DNA of 63,206 nucleotides, counting the filler, from Octopus bimaculoides (lineage: Eukaryota): the NCBI RefSeq assembly GCF_001194135.2. It is 6 parts of 6 records of this genome, joined end to end, with 100 filler letters (N's around TTAATTAATTAA, not from the genome) between each part and the next. Parts side by side here need not be neighbours in the genome. Positions count along the whole stretch, not along the records: positions 11,768 to 41,115 come from NC_068992.1; positions 41,216 to 53,712 come from NC_069006.1; 4 more parts are not named here. One strand, written 5' to 3'. Position numbers and translations under genes: made by a program. The notes beneath the pieces were generated by a model, which saw only the letters and a program-made list of their open reading frames with translations, had not been told where the DNA came from and did not search any database. This document shows, piece after piece, positions 37,835-49,367 of this stretch (the stretch's first letter is position 1; each line of letters starts with the position of its first letter).

Positions 37835-38051
37835 AAAAACAAGACGATGCTAAACACGCCTTCAACGACTTCATCGCCACCAGAACGCAGGATTTTTGCG
37901 CTACTGGCATAAATAAACTTGTTTCGCGTTGGCAAGAGTGTGTTGATTCTGATGGTGTTTATTTCGATTAATAAAGTTTTGTTTGAGCCGAGATATGTGC
38001 ACCTGAATATAAAGGTTAAGAACCGCAAGAACTTCTCTTGACAACGTGATA
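37835..38051 (+). mobile_element. Mariner 3' end with terminal repeat
   Basis: QDDAKHAFNDFIATRTQDFCATGINKLVSRWQECVDSDGVYFD*, then AACCGCAAGAACTTCTCTTGACAACGTGA-TA. Confidence 0.85.
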
Positions 38052-38894
38052 TTAACCCTGGATAGTCTTCTTTTCTCGGGACGTTTATTCGGTCTGTCTC
38101 TGTTTTTGGATGGTGCATACGATGCATTGTTATCAGCTTTAATGTTTTTGAAATCAACTTTATTGATCTCAGAAAGGGACCAGTTAACAATATTGAAGCT
38201 GTATGTGATTAAAGGCATGGCCTGTGTATCTATGGCCTCAATTTGGTTTCTGGCATTCGGCTCGGTTTTCAGAATGGTTCTTACTCTTTAGTAGCACTCC
38301 TTCTATATCTTTTCTCTCATTACTGAGCATTTAATCCCATCTCTTTCACATACTCCTAGATACTTATAACCACCCTGAGGTTCTAATTCTTTTATTCCGA
38401 TGACCCTATCTAAAGTTTTGTTGCATGTGTTTGATAGTATTCCTTTGGTAAATGTAGCCTTAGCGCATTTGTCAAGCTTAAATTCCATTTTGATGCTATT
38501 ACTAATTTGTTTGATTCTGTGTAGGATTGCTTGCGTTTGATCATTATTTTACAATCAGTTTCAAGTCATCATTATAGAGAAGATGATTTGTTTTCTTTCC
38601 ATACAGCCTGTATGCACAGTTTGTTTCATTCAGGAGCTTCCGTACAGTCAACAAAGCTAAGTAGAATAGCAAGAGATAGTGGGTCTCCTTGAAAGATTCT
38701 ACAATTAATATTGAGATATCCAGCATTTATATTTGTCGTGTCAGTATTGATAATTAATGTCGTTTTCCAGAGTTTCATCGTGTGAGATAAAAACTCCCCC
38801 GATTACAGGTTAATATTTGAATATCTCCAAGCATCCCTTTATCCAGCTGTGAGGAGGGATATCAGAAGCCTTCTTGTAGTCTATCCGGGCCAAA

Positions 38895-38895
<1 letters not shown>
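38052..38895 (-). mobile_element. R4/Dong-clade (RLE) non-LTR retrotransposon RT fragment, decayed
   Basis: ARIDYKKASDIPPHSWI, NHLLYNDDLKL (YxDD), MEFKLDKCAKATF, YKYLGV, MPLITYSFNIVNW, MHRMHHPKTETDRINVPRKE. Confidence 0.85.
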
Positions 38896-38941
<46 letters not shown>

Positions 38942-38949
38942 CATTATTA

Positions 38950-38981
<32 letters not shown>

Positions 38982-39013
38982 GTTATTATTATCATCATTG
39001 TTTNNNNNNNNNN

Positions 39014-39105
<92 letters not shown>

Positions 39106-39154
39106 TAAAGCCACTAGTGTGTGTGATCTATTCGATAGGGTGTCACAGGGCATG

Positions 39155-39352
39155 TGTGTGTGTGTTTGTCCCCGTGCTTGACAACCGATGCTGATGTGTT
39201 TATTTCTCGTAACTTAGCAGTTCAGCAAAAGAGACCGATAGAATAAGTACTAGGCTTACAAGGAATAAGTTCTGGGGTCGATTTCTTAGACTATAACCCT
39301 ATAGGACGGTGCTCCAGCACGACCGCAGTCAAATGACCGAAACATGTAAAAG
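39155..39352 (+). mobile_element. SINE family A, 3' half
   Basis: GCTTGACAACCGATGCTG...GCAGTCAAATGACCGAAAC. Confidence 0.8.
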
Positions 39353-39784
39353 AATATATAAATATATATGTGTGTGTGTATATATATATAGGTTTCAAAT
39401 TTTAGCACAAGGCCAGCAATTTCAATCCAATGTTCAACAGGTATCTTGTTGATCGAATTTGAAGAGATAGAAGTCAAACTCGACTCGGCGTAATTTGAAA
39501 TTAGAACGGATAGACTGACAGACGGACGGAAAAACGGACGGACGGACGGACGGATATAAAGTTTATCGAATAAATCAAGAATTTATTCAGTATGTTAGTT
39601 ATTATACTTTTGTTCTTCTTTGTTGCTTTATTGTTCAAGCATGACACTTGTTACGCTTCGTTAGTTCTCTTAGCTTATTTTCTTTTCATTTATGCAAATT
39701 ACCGGGGCGATAACTGGTATGTCTAAGGGTCTCGTCTGCTAAAAAATAAGCTAAGGATACCCGACTGCTATTTCTTTCATCTTC

Positions 39785-39905
39785 CGCTAAAGGATGAAAG
39801 GCAAATCGACCTCGGCAGAATTTGAACTCAAGACGGCATTAAAACGGACGAATTGCCGCTAAGCATTTTGTTTGGCGCACTAACAATTCTGTCAGCTCAC
39901 CGCCT
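39785..39905 (-). mobile_element. SINE family B, 5' part
   Basis: GGATGAAAGGCAAATCGACCTCGGCAGAATTTGAACTC... Confidence 0.8.
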
Positions 39906-40254
39906 TAATTCTCCGCATTAACAGATTAAATTTCCTGACAATAAAAAAGATATTCTATAGTATTTGATATTATATATTCTGGAGGTTAGTAGAATGTTTT
40001 CAAAGCTTCTTAATGTCGTATTGATGTCAGCTGAATCAATAGTTTCTCATAACAATAGTTTCAGTTTTTATTGCCGGCTTCTCTGGTTCGTTATTCCAAG
40101 AAAATAGCCGGTCATGATCGTATGAACTTCAGTCGTCTCGTCAGAAGCATATATATTTCCCACGGTAGCTCCCTGTTGATTGATGTTAAATACTGGGGTG
40201 GTTGATGCAAATAAACAATACAAACTATAAATGTCTCGGTCTCGGTCTAATGTA

Positions 40255-40470
40255 AAATGGCAGAAGCGTTAGCACGCATGATAAAATGCTTGGCGGCATT
40301 TCGTCTGGCTTTACGTTCTGAGTTCAAATTCCGCCGAAGTCGACTTTGACTTTCATCCTTTTAAAGATCGATGAAATAACTACCAGTTGAGCAATGGGAT
40401 CAAAATAATCGACGAGCCCCCAACCCTAGAATAAACTCAGGCCTTATGCCTACATTTGAAACTATCAATG
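40255..40470 (+). mobile_element. SINE family B1
   Basis: GGCAGAAGCGTTAGCACG...GTTCAAATTCCGCCGAAGTCGAC. Confidence 0.8.
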
Positions 40471-41054
40471 ACGTTTAGGTAGGCGAGCTGGCAAAATCTA
40501 TCTATCTAGATAGATAAATAGATAGATAAAACTTACTTGGAAAAGGATGAGTGGTGTTCGATCATATAATAATATAAATATATGCATATATCCATACATA
40601 TACGTACATACCTACATATATATGTATATATACATGCATATATAAGTACAGGACATAAAAAAAAAACGTTGGACACAATGAGAAACGAAAACATAAAAGC
40701 AAAAACATAGAAAACGAACTTTTTTTCGAACAACGAAAAATACAAAGAAACGAGACATGCAACATAAAGAATATACTCCTTCGTCAGTTGTCCCTGTTTC
40801 ACCTACTCCGCGATACAAGGGGTTGCAAAAGTAGGTATACAGTAAGTATCCCATCAATGTTATAATACTTAATTCATTTAACACATTAGATTAGTTCACC
40901 TCATTTTTGATATTTTCAGCGTCATTTATCCTAATAATACATTTATCATAACTATAATAATACTTTTATCGTAACCTTTAATTCTTTTCAATAAAAATAA
41001 ATGAGTATTGTAGTGTTTCCTTTTTCCATAACTGTATACCTACTTTTGCATCAC

Positions 41055-41115
<61 letters not shown>

Positions 41116-41396
41116 NNNNNNNNNNNNNNNNNNNNNNNNNNNNNNNNNNNNNNNNNNNNTTAATTAATTAANNNNNNNNNNNNNNNNNNNNNNNNNNNNN
41201 NNNNNNNNNNNNNNNAAAGAGGACCGGGTTAAATTTGCGGGAAAGAAAGCAAGATGACCTTTCTATAGGGTCTTTTGTTCCTTTGGCAAGTCATCTTGCT
41301 GGGGCCCAATTTATCCCAAAGCTATACTAACGGAGACAGATTGAACTCGGCAGAGCATTGGAAGGAAAACACTCGTCGCTTTTACTATATGCAGTA

Positions 41397-41610
41397 TAGT
41401 AATCTCCCGCCACATCGCGGTTCACCAATCGTGCACTCAGTACAACGCGGTTCACCTGTCGCTAATATATGTAAATTTATATCGCGGACTCTTCAGTATA
41501 TCGCGGGTTTCTGCAGCCGATAGGTATTTATATATATATTTTTTAGAGATTTTAATTATTTCGGTGGGAGGTTTTGGAACGTAACATCCACGATAGTCGA
41601 GGGATTACTG
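41397..41610. mobile_element. Tigger/pogo-like MITE
   Basis: TA flanks at 41395-41396 and 41611-41612; termini (T)AGTAATCTCCCGCCACATCGCGG versus reverse complement CAGTAATCCCTCGACTATCGTGG. Confidence 0.65.
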
Positions 41611-41716
41611 TAATGAAGTGTGACTTTGGTTTATAACAAAGAGCACTGTGGGATATTTAATAAGTGTCGCGTACATGCACTGAGATTTGACAATATATAT
41701 ATATATATATATAAAT

Positions 41717-42095
41717 TCTTTTATTCTTTTACTTGTTTCAGTCATTTGACTGTGGCCATGCTAGAGCACCGCCTTTAGTCGAACAAATCGACCCCAGGAC
41801 TTATTCTTTGTAAGCTTAGTACTTATTCTATCGGTCTGTTTTGCCAAACCGCTAAGTCACGGGGCATAAACACACCAGCATCGGTTGCCAAGCGATGGCG
41901 GGGAGAGAAATACACACACACATACACACACAAACACAAATACATATATATACGACGAGTTTCTTCCAGTTTCCGTCTACCAAATCCACTCACAAGGCTA
42001 TAGTAGAAGACACTTGCCCAAGGTGCCATGCAGCGGGACTGAACCTGGAACCATGTGATTGGGAAGCAAACTTCATACCACACAACCACGCCTGC

Positions 42096-42097
<2 letters not shown>
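41717..42097 (-). mobile_element. SINE family A, full length
   Basis: Head, CORE-like segment, microsatellite and 3' tail all present. Confidence 0.9.
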
Positions 42098-42153
<56 letters not shown>

Positions 42154-42372
42154 ATTTACAAAATGCAGTATATATAAATGTGTGTGTGTGTCTATATATT
42201 CATACACACATGCACACATACATATATATATGCATGTGTGCCTAGCATATCTTTGATACATATAACCAATATACAATATATATACATATATATAATATAC
42301 CAAAAATATATTTTACAATACATGTTACATAATATGTAATATATAATACATATGTTTATTCATATCTATCTA

Positions 42373-42410
<38 letters not shown>

Positions 42411-42710
42411 CCCGCTCTCTCTCTGTATATATATATATAATCAAATTGAGCAATAGAAGTAGCTCTCGATAAATACCTCTATATGACCTATGTATAATGT
42501 TGAAAAGTCAGAAGCCGCAGTAGTCGTCACAGAAGAGATCCCTTTATGGAGGCTCTTTGATAAAGATACAACGTACTTCAGAGCTAGTCGAAAAGAAAAC
42601 TTCCCGGGAGTGTCCGTTAATTACCGCTAAAATGAATTCTGTAAAATGCGGACATGATGAAAAAGTCTCGCTTTTAGTATTTATATAATTACCAGAGATT
42701 CTTAAGTTGT

Positions 42711-42911
42711 TTAAAAGATACAGTTTTCCTGTCGAACATACAGAACACTTTTTTCACCTGTAAGGTTTGGTATTAGAAAGGATCTTCTATTTGATGTTGC
42801 ACTGATGTTCTCGTCCTTAAACCTCCAGGTTAATGCCGAAGGGATTGTTGCATTCTCGGGATTTGCAACGGTTGAAAGAGCTGTTAGAACGTTGTCATAA
42901 TTTACTGATAC
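42711..42911 (-). pseudogene. Possible decayed immunoglobulin-like domain exon
   Basis: VSVNYDNVLTALSTVANPENATIPSALTWRFKDENISATSNRRSFLIPNLTGEKSVLYVRQENCIF*: NP..TW and IPNxT..S..Y spacing is Ig-like, but both canonical Cys are missing. Confidence 0.3.
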
Positions 42912-43344
42912 CTATGCCTCGTCAACAACGTAGCATACATCACATGCCTGTCCTAGAGGACATTTAGATTTATCTCTGCATGTCCATCCAGCACGGGACC
43001 GAGTCGTCGGTTGTCTATTATATAAGCCTTGACATTAGGCGTGAAGAGGGAACATACGTATGTGATTTTAATTGTGTGCCTATTTTAATAGGACGAACCA
43101 TAAATTATTGTGGGACCTATTATTATCGCCAAATGATTGAGGAGGTTGAGGGTTATAAAAGATTTTATCAGTGAAGCTGTTATCCTGTAAAACCTCATTA
43201 TAACACGTGGAAGCTTTTTAAAATATTTTTTGAGATGAAGAAACATGTGACTTCACGGCTAATGTTAGGAATTAAGATCATAAACATAATAGGATCAACC
43301 GTAAATCTCCTGTCGTTCCAATCGTTCATAAACTTTGAAGAATT

Positions 43345-43463
43345 TTAGTCGTATTTGTTTGAAAGCCTGGCACTTATTCCATCGATATCTTTTGCGGAAC
43401 CGCTAAGTGACGGGGACATAAGGATACTACACCAACACCAGTTGTCTAGCGGTGGTGGGACAT

Positions 43464-43517
<54 letters not shown>

Positions 43518-43670
43518 GTCGGGATTCTTTCAGTTTCCGTTTACCAAATCCGTTTACAAGGCTTCGGTCTGCTTGAGGTTATAGCAGAAGGCACTTGCCT
43601 CAGGCGCCATGCATTAGGACTGAACCCGGAGCCATATAGCTGAGAAACAACCATCTTACTACACAGTCAT
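43345..43670 (-). mobile_element. SINE family A, diverged
   Basis: GCGGAACCGCTAAGTGACGGGGAC...CAGTTTCCGTTTACCAAATCC. Confidence 0.75.
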
Positions 43671-43894
43671 GTCCAAATTTCAGAAATATTCATAAAAACT
43701 GTACCTACCTCAGACTACTGAGTACTCCTACGCCCCCCCGCCATTATATATCTCTCCGATCGCTGTTATATTTGATGTCTCCCCCACTCTTGCTTCGTAC
43801 TCGTCATCTCCATGTAAAACTTCAACCTCTATAAGTACAAAACTGTGGCTCAAAATTAGGAAACATAAACACATTCAATTTACATAGTGGTTTC

Positions 43895-44092
43895 ACATTT
43901 TGGCACAAAAAAATATGTAGTTCAGGTGAGAGACTACGACGAATACATCGACCCTAACGTTCAAATGGTACATATTTTGTCGACCTCAAAGGCAAAGTTG
44001 ACCTCGGCAGAATTCGAACTCTGAACGTAAAGACAAACGAATACCTCTTAGTATTTTACTCGGCGTACTAACGATTCCGCCAGCTCACCACT
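43895..44092 (-). mobile_element. SINE family B, diverged
   Basis: GGCAAAGTTGACCTCGGCAGAATTCGAACTC... Confidence 0.75.
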
Positions 44093-44974
44093 AACTTCAT
44101 ATAATTATTGAAACTTTTTTTCAACAAATTTATTTAACAAAAACATCTTTAAATAACGGTCTGACCGTCTGCCAAGCAAATGAGAAGCAGTAACTGAAGT
44201 AGATAGTGAATTTGCTCCGGAATAATCGTTTAAAGATGTTTTTGTTACATGTTGTTAGTTTTTGTTGAATAAAATTTGTTGAAAAAAATCCGCAATAATT
44301 ATGCTCCAACCCAATATTAACGAAATATATAGGTTTGAATCTCAAGTCTAGAATTTTCTTTATATGTTATTCCGCTTGTGTGTTGCCTGTTTACTTTCGT
44401 TTCCAGTTTAGAATACAGAAATGAATTTGTTTTATATGTATATTAATAATTTATCATTCACTTTTAATGGATTTTTAATATGGTGGATCCCCTTCATTCG
44501 ACGAAACGGCTTCATTTATCTGAGCTACTGAATTACCTGCCCCTCAGTTAATGTTTAGGCGGCTGAATACTTCACAGACATACGTAGTCTTAAAGTAATA
44601 CTCAGACAAAATCAGTGTGAGACGATATGCGTGATAAGGCTCTATTATTTTAAACATGAGTAGAATCCACCCATTAGGTTGCTTTTCCTTACCCAATTTT
44701 CTTCACAAGGCAAGGGTTAACCCGACGCTATTGAATATAACATTTGCTCAAGGTGGTATGCATTGGGGTCGAACCCATTGTTTTAATTCTCAGTTGAGAT
44801 TAATTCACTTTACATAGATCGCTCTTAGTTCTATTACAATAAAGAAAATATAAGCAGCGCACATTGAACGACACACCTACTTTTCAAAGAGCTCAGCTGA
44901 CCTAGCTGCAAACGGGAGAGACACTGTGGTCTTATTTATCGCTGTAACCAACAATAACATCCTCAAATTAACAA

Positions 44975-45250
44975 AACTGTGTCGTCCGTCAGTTACGACG
45001 ATGCATATTCCAATTGATCCAATCAACAGAACAACCTGTTTGTGAAATTAACGCGCTGAGCACTTCGCAGACACGCGTAACCCTCAACGTAGTTCTCAGG
45101 AAAATTCAGCGTGACACAGAATGTGAAGAGACTGGCCCCCTTTGAATTACAGGTAGACTCATTTTTGCCTGCTGAATGGAATGGAGCAACGTGAAATAAA
45201 GTACCTTTCTCAAGGACACAACGCGTCACCGGGTATCGAACTCGAATACC
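44975..45250 (-). mobile_element. SINE with family C 3' body and family E-type head
   Basis: GTAACCCTCAACGTAGTTCTCAGG...GCGTGACACAG joined to GCAACGTGAAATAAAGTACCTTTCTCAAGGACACAAC. Confidence 0.65.
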
Positions 45251-45828
45251 TCAATCACTTAGTCACGAGCCTTCAGAATGATCGGATGAGCTTGAAAACT
45301 CTTCAAATTAACAAGATCTACATTGGTTTACAGCGATGAGTTTCAAATCTTTTTGTTGAAAGTCATTCGTAATAAACAGACATTGTTAGATTTGAATCGC
45401 TCTCTAGATTAAGGCTACAGAAACCGGGATTAAGCGCCGGCTAAAGAAATTACAAAGGATTCTGTAAAACTTAAATATTATTTATATCTTAGCAGACAAT
45501 TTGAGAGTTTAGGATCTTACTAAGACCAGGAACTCTGAAAAATCTAATTTCTTCATTTAAATATTTGTGGCTAGTTGGAATCTGTAAGAAACTAATAATT
45601 TTTCTACCTCCAGACTCTTGTGGAAGACCAAAAGATTATCTCTCCTTGAGTAAAGCCCATGATCCAGTTTCGATTTTCAACCAATTCTAATTCTCTTTAT
45701 TTACGCAAATGCTGTCTTGGAAAATGCATAAATGTATCCATAACCTCAAAGTTTTGTATCTTTTTCATAATGAAATAATAAAAATAGTATATTTTATTTT
45801 ACAGAAAGAAACAATTTGGTAAACCAAG

Positions 45829-45880
45829 ATGTCCATGAAACTTTTTACAATCCTTGCAATCTTTATGCTTGTCTCTTTCA
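45829..45880 (+). CDS. First coding exon encoding a signal peptide (MSMKLFTILAIFMLVSF, phase-1 intron)
   Basis: Acceptor TTTTATTTTACAG ends at 45804; ATG at 45829; K followed by a hydrophobic run; consensus donor A/GTAAGT at 45881. Confidence 0.6.
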
Positions 45881-45931
45881 GTAAGTAATAACCACAGTTT
45901 TCCTTCCTTTCTCTCAGTCATTCCTTTCTGT

Positions 45932-46158
45932 CAGCCCTTCGCCTTTTTACCTGTCCTTTTCCTTTCTATCAGCCCTTCGCCTTTTTACCTGTCCTTTTCC
46001 TTTCTATCAGCCCTTCGCCTTTTTACCTGTCNNNNNNNNNNAGCCCTTCGCCTTTTTACCTGTCCTTTTCCTTTCTATCAGCCCTTCGCCTTTTTACCTG
46101 TCCTTTTCCTTTCTGTCAGCCCTTCGCCTTTTTACCTGTCCTTTTCCTTTCTTTCAGT
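45932..46158. repeat. 38-bp pyrimidine-rich minisatellite, at least 6 copies
   Basis: Unit CAGCCCTTCGCCTTTTTACCTGTCCTTTTCCTTTCTAT starting at 45932, 45970, 46008, ~46041, 46079, 46117. Confidence 0.95.
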
Positions 46159-46399
46159 CCTTAATTTTTCTAGTTGTTCCTTTCAACTGGTCCTTCTTTT
46201 CTATCAGTCCTCTTATTTCTTACTAGTCCTTCCTTCTTAGTACTTCCTCCTTATCCGTCCTTCTTTTCTGTCAGTCATCCCTTCTTGTCAATCTTTGCTT
46301 TCTGTCAATCCTTTCGTTCTATCGGCCCTTCCTTTCTTCTTTCAATTATCCATCATTTTATTTCTTCAACCAATCCTGTTTTACTATATTTAACGTAAA

Positions 46400-46595
46400 G
46401 GCGACGAGCTAGCAGAGTCGATAGCATGTTGGACGAACACTACGTTCTGAGTTCAAATTCGGCCGGGGTCGACTTCGCCATTCATCCTTTCAGGATCGAT
46501 AAATTAAGTACCAGAGAAATTCTGGAGTCGATGTGTAATCGACTAGTACCCTCCCCCAAAACTTCGGGCCTTGTGCCTATGATAGAAAGGATTAT
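46400..46595 (+). mobile_element. SINE family B1 with internal deletion
   Basis: GGCGACGAGCTAGCAGAGTCG...GGGCCTTGTGCCTATGATAGAAAGG. Confidence 0.85.
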
Positions 46596-47016
46596 ATCTA
46601 ACGTAGATATGAAATGATATTTTGAACTGTAAGTTCAATTTTTTTAAAGATCTCACATTGATGGGAACAAGATGTCAAGATGTCCCCTACTTTTTTTTAT
46701 ATGTATCTATATTTGGTAATTATAACAGTAAGAAAAGTAGGATAAATCTCATTGTGTTTATCCTTTTTAACCTCTTACGGACCGATAATTTCAAAGTTAT
46801 TAGTTAGTGAAGGGAAGTAAGCATTCCTACCTCCCTCAATCCATACAGCTATAGCTTTCTTTTACCTTATTTCTAATTAACTAGGAGTATTTAACAGTAA
46901 CCGCCTTTCGGGTCTTAAGTACATGAAGACTCGAAACGAACCAGAACTTCAACCCCCGACCTCAACTTAATCAAAGTTACCTATTAGTGATAAATGTTTC
47001 AGAGCTTAATTATTTA

Positions 47017-47133
<117 letters not shown>

Positions 47134-47156
47134 GTCTGTCTGTCTCTCTCTGTCTC

Positions 47157-47269
<113 letters not shown>

Positions 47270-47807
47270 CCAACGGGGGTCTACATAGTTTCCGTCACAA
47301 AGCATTCATCAATCCTGGGTTAAAGTGGAAAATACTTGCCCCAATTGCCGCAGTTGCACTGAACTCCACCTAGTTGTGAAGAGAAATTCTAAACCTGAAC
47401 CTACAGCTATGACATTCCCATATCAATGACAATATTATCCAATGCGTTCTTAATGTAGCAAGTTGTAATTCGAGGGAGATTTGGCTGCTATTTCTTGTAC
47501 GTGAAGCCGCTTCGTATGAGCTCCTCGACTGTCACGAAATACCCTGAGCCGAGTACATATGTATCAAAGTTTTGACATGTTGTTATACAGAAATTACTTG
47601 CAACTACGGACGCATATTTTCCAAACTAAATTGAAGTACCGTAATTTATAATGGCGCACGAATTTTGGCTGCGAAGTTTCAAACACCCGTTCTGCTTCAG
47701 TCTTTCAGTCAGTCGGTATTATAAGAAGCAATTTTCATTTCCCTTTGCTGTGTATATCTCAAAGTTTTGATATGTTATGCATGGAAAAAAACACAAATGG
47801 AGTTTAA

Positions 47808-47892
47808 AATTTATGACGGCTGTTTCAGTTGAATTTTATTGTTGTATTCATAGATTACTTCATAACATACAAACCACCATCTTCAGTTAAAA
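47808..47892 (-). ncRNA. Type I hammerhead motif, degenerate copy
   Basis: TTTTAA-CTGAAGA-T-GGTGG...CAACT-GAAAC-AGCC-GTC^ATAAA. Confidence 0.55.
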
Positions 47893-48025
47893 CTTTGAAC
47901 ACATAAACAGGCGAGGTAAAACTTTGATGACACATCCAGCAAACATGTTGAATAAACCCTTCATCATGTTTATTGGATAAGTCATCATCAAGGTATTATC
48001 TCACCTGTTTATACCTGTTTAAAGT

Positions 48026-48106
48026 TTTGCCTGAAGATGGTAGGTATATGCTACGATGCACTCTATAAATACATCAGTAAAAGTCTACCGAAACGGTTGT
48101 AGTAAA
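48026..48106 (+). ncRNA. Type I hammerhead motif with all three stems
   Basis: TTTGC-CTGAAGA-T-GGTAGG(39 nt)TCTACC-GAAAC-GGTT-GTA^GTAAA; predicted cleavage after 48101. Confidence 0.75.
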
Positions 48107-49367
48107 TCTTAAATCTCATTTGTGCTCTCTTTTATACCTACGATGCACCTAGAACCAGCTCTGAGTCGCATCAACCGTTTATATTAGATTTGATATTTAC
48201 ATATACATACCTGAGGTATCCTACCGGCGCATGATACCTCATGGTTGTGTTTACCTTTCACTGTGAATTCAGTGTTATGGTATCTAATCAAACCTGGCGT
48301 CTTACGTGTTGATACACCGAGATTCTAATGTCTCCATCAATATGTCTATCACACAAGAATTTAGAATGCAAAGAACTAGAACAAACGCTGCAAGACATCT
48401 CGATTGACTCTCTAAAAAATTCCCTTATTTATCCAACGTTACGAATAGGTACCTTGCTTAATCGGTCCCTAAATTTACGAAAGGGAAAATCGACTTAGGC
48501 AAGATTTGGACTGAAATGCAGAGACCTGAAACAAATTCAGCAGGGCACTTCGGCCTCCTCCTCCTCCTCCTCCTCCTNNNNNNNNNNNNNNNNNNNNNNN
48601 NNNNNNNNNNNNNNNNNNNNNNNNNNNNNNNNNNNNNNNNNNNNNNNNNNNNNNNNNNNNNNNNNNNNNNNNNNNNNNNNNNNNNNNNNNNNNNNNNNNN
48701 NNNNNNNNNNNNNNNNNNNNNNNNNNNNNNNNNNNNNNNNNNNNNNNNNNNNNNNNNNNNNNNNNNNNNNNNNNNNNNNNNNNNNNNNNNNNNNNNNNNN
48801 NNNNNNNNNNNNNNNNNNNNNNNNNNNNNNNNNNNNNNNNNNNNNNNNNNNNNNNNNNNNNNNNNNNNNNNNNNNNNNNNNNNNNNNNNNNNNNNNNNNN
48901 NNNNNNNNNNNNNNNNNNNNNNNNNNNNNNNNNNNNNNNNNNNNNNNNNNNNNNNNNNNNNNNNNNNNNNNNNNNNNNNNNNNNNNNNNNNNNNNNNNNN
49001 NNNNNNNNNNNNNNNNNNNNNNNNNNNNNNNNNNNNNNNNNNNNNNNNNNNNNNNNNNNNNNNNNNNNNNNNNNNNNNNNNNNNNNNNNNNNNNNNNNNN
49101 NNNNNNNNNNNNNNNNNNNNNNNNNNNNNNNNNNNNNNNNNNNNNNNNNNNNNNNNNNNNNNNNNNNNNNNNNNNNNNNNNNNNNNNNNNNNNNNNNNNN
49201 NNNNNNNNNNNNNNNNNNNNNNNNNNNNNNNNNNNNNNNNNNNNNNNNNNNNNNNNNNNNNNNNNNNNNNNNNNNNNNNNNNNNNNNNNNNNNNNNNNNN
49301 NNNNNNNNNNNNNNNNNNNNNNNNNNNNNNNNNNNNNNNNNNNNNNNNNNNNNNNNNNNNNNNNNNN

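Larger units (their letters stand above)
47785..48135. mobile_element. ~350-bp fold-back with two divergent hammerhead motifs (inverted Penelope-like terminal repeats)
   Basis: Arms ~47785-47957 and ~47976-48135 align as diverged inverted repeats, each containing a hammerhead core. Confidence 0.75.

Noticed and set aside
48500-48535. In-frame TGA codons as selenocysteine
   Set aside because: The frame also has TAA and a frameshift, and no SECIS was identified; decay is simpler.
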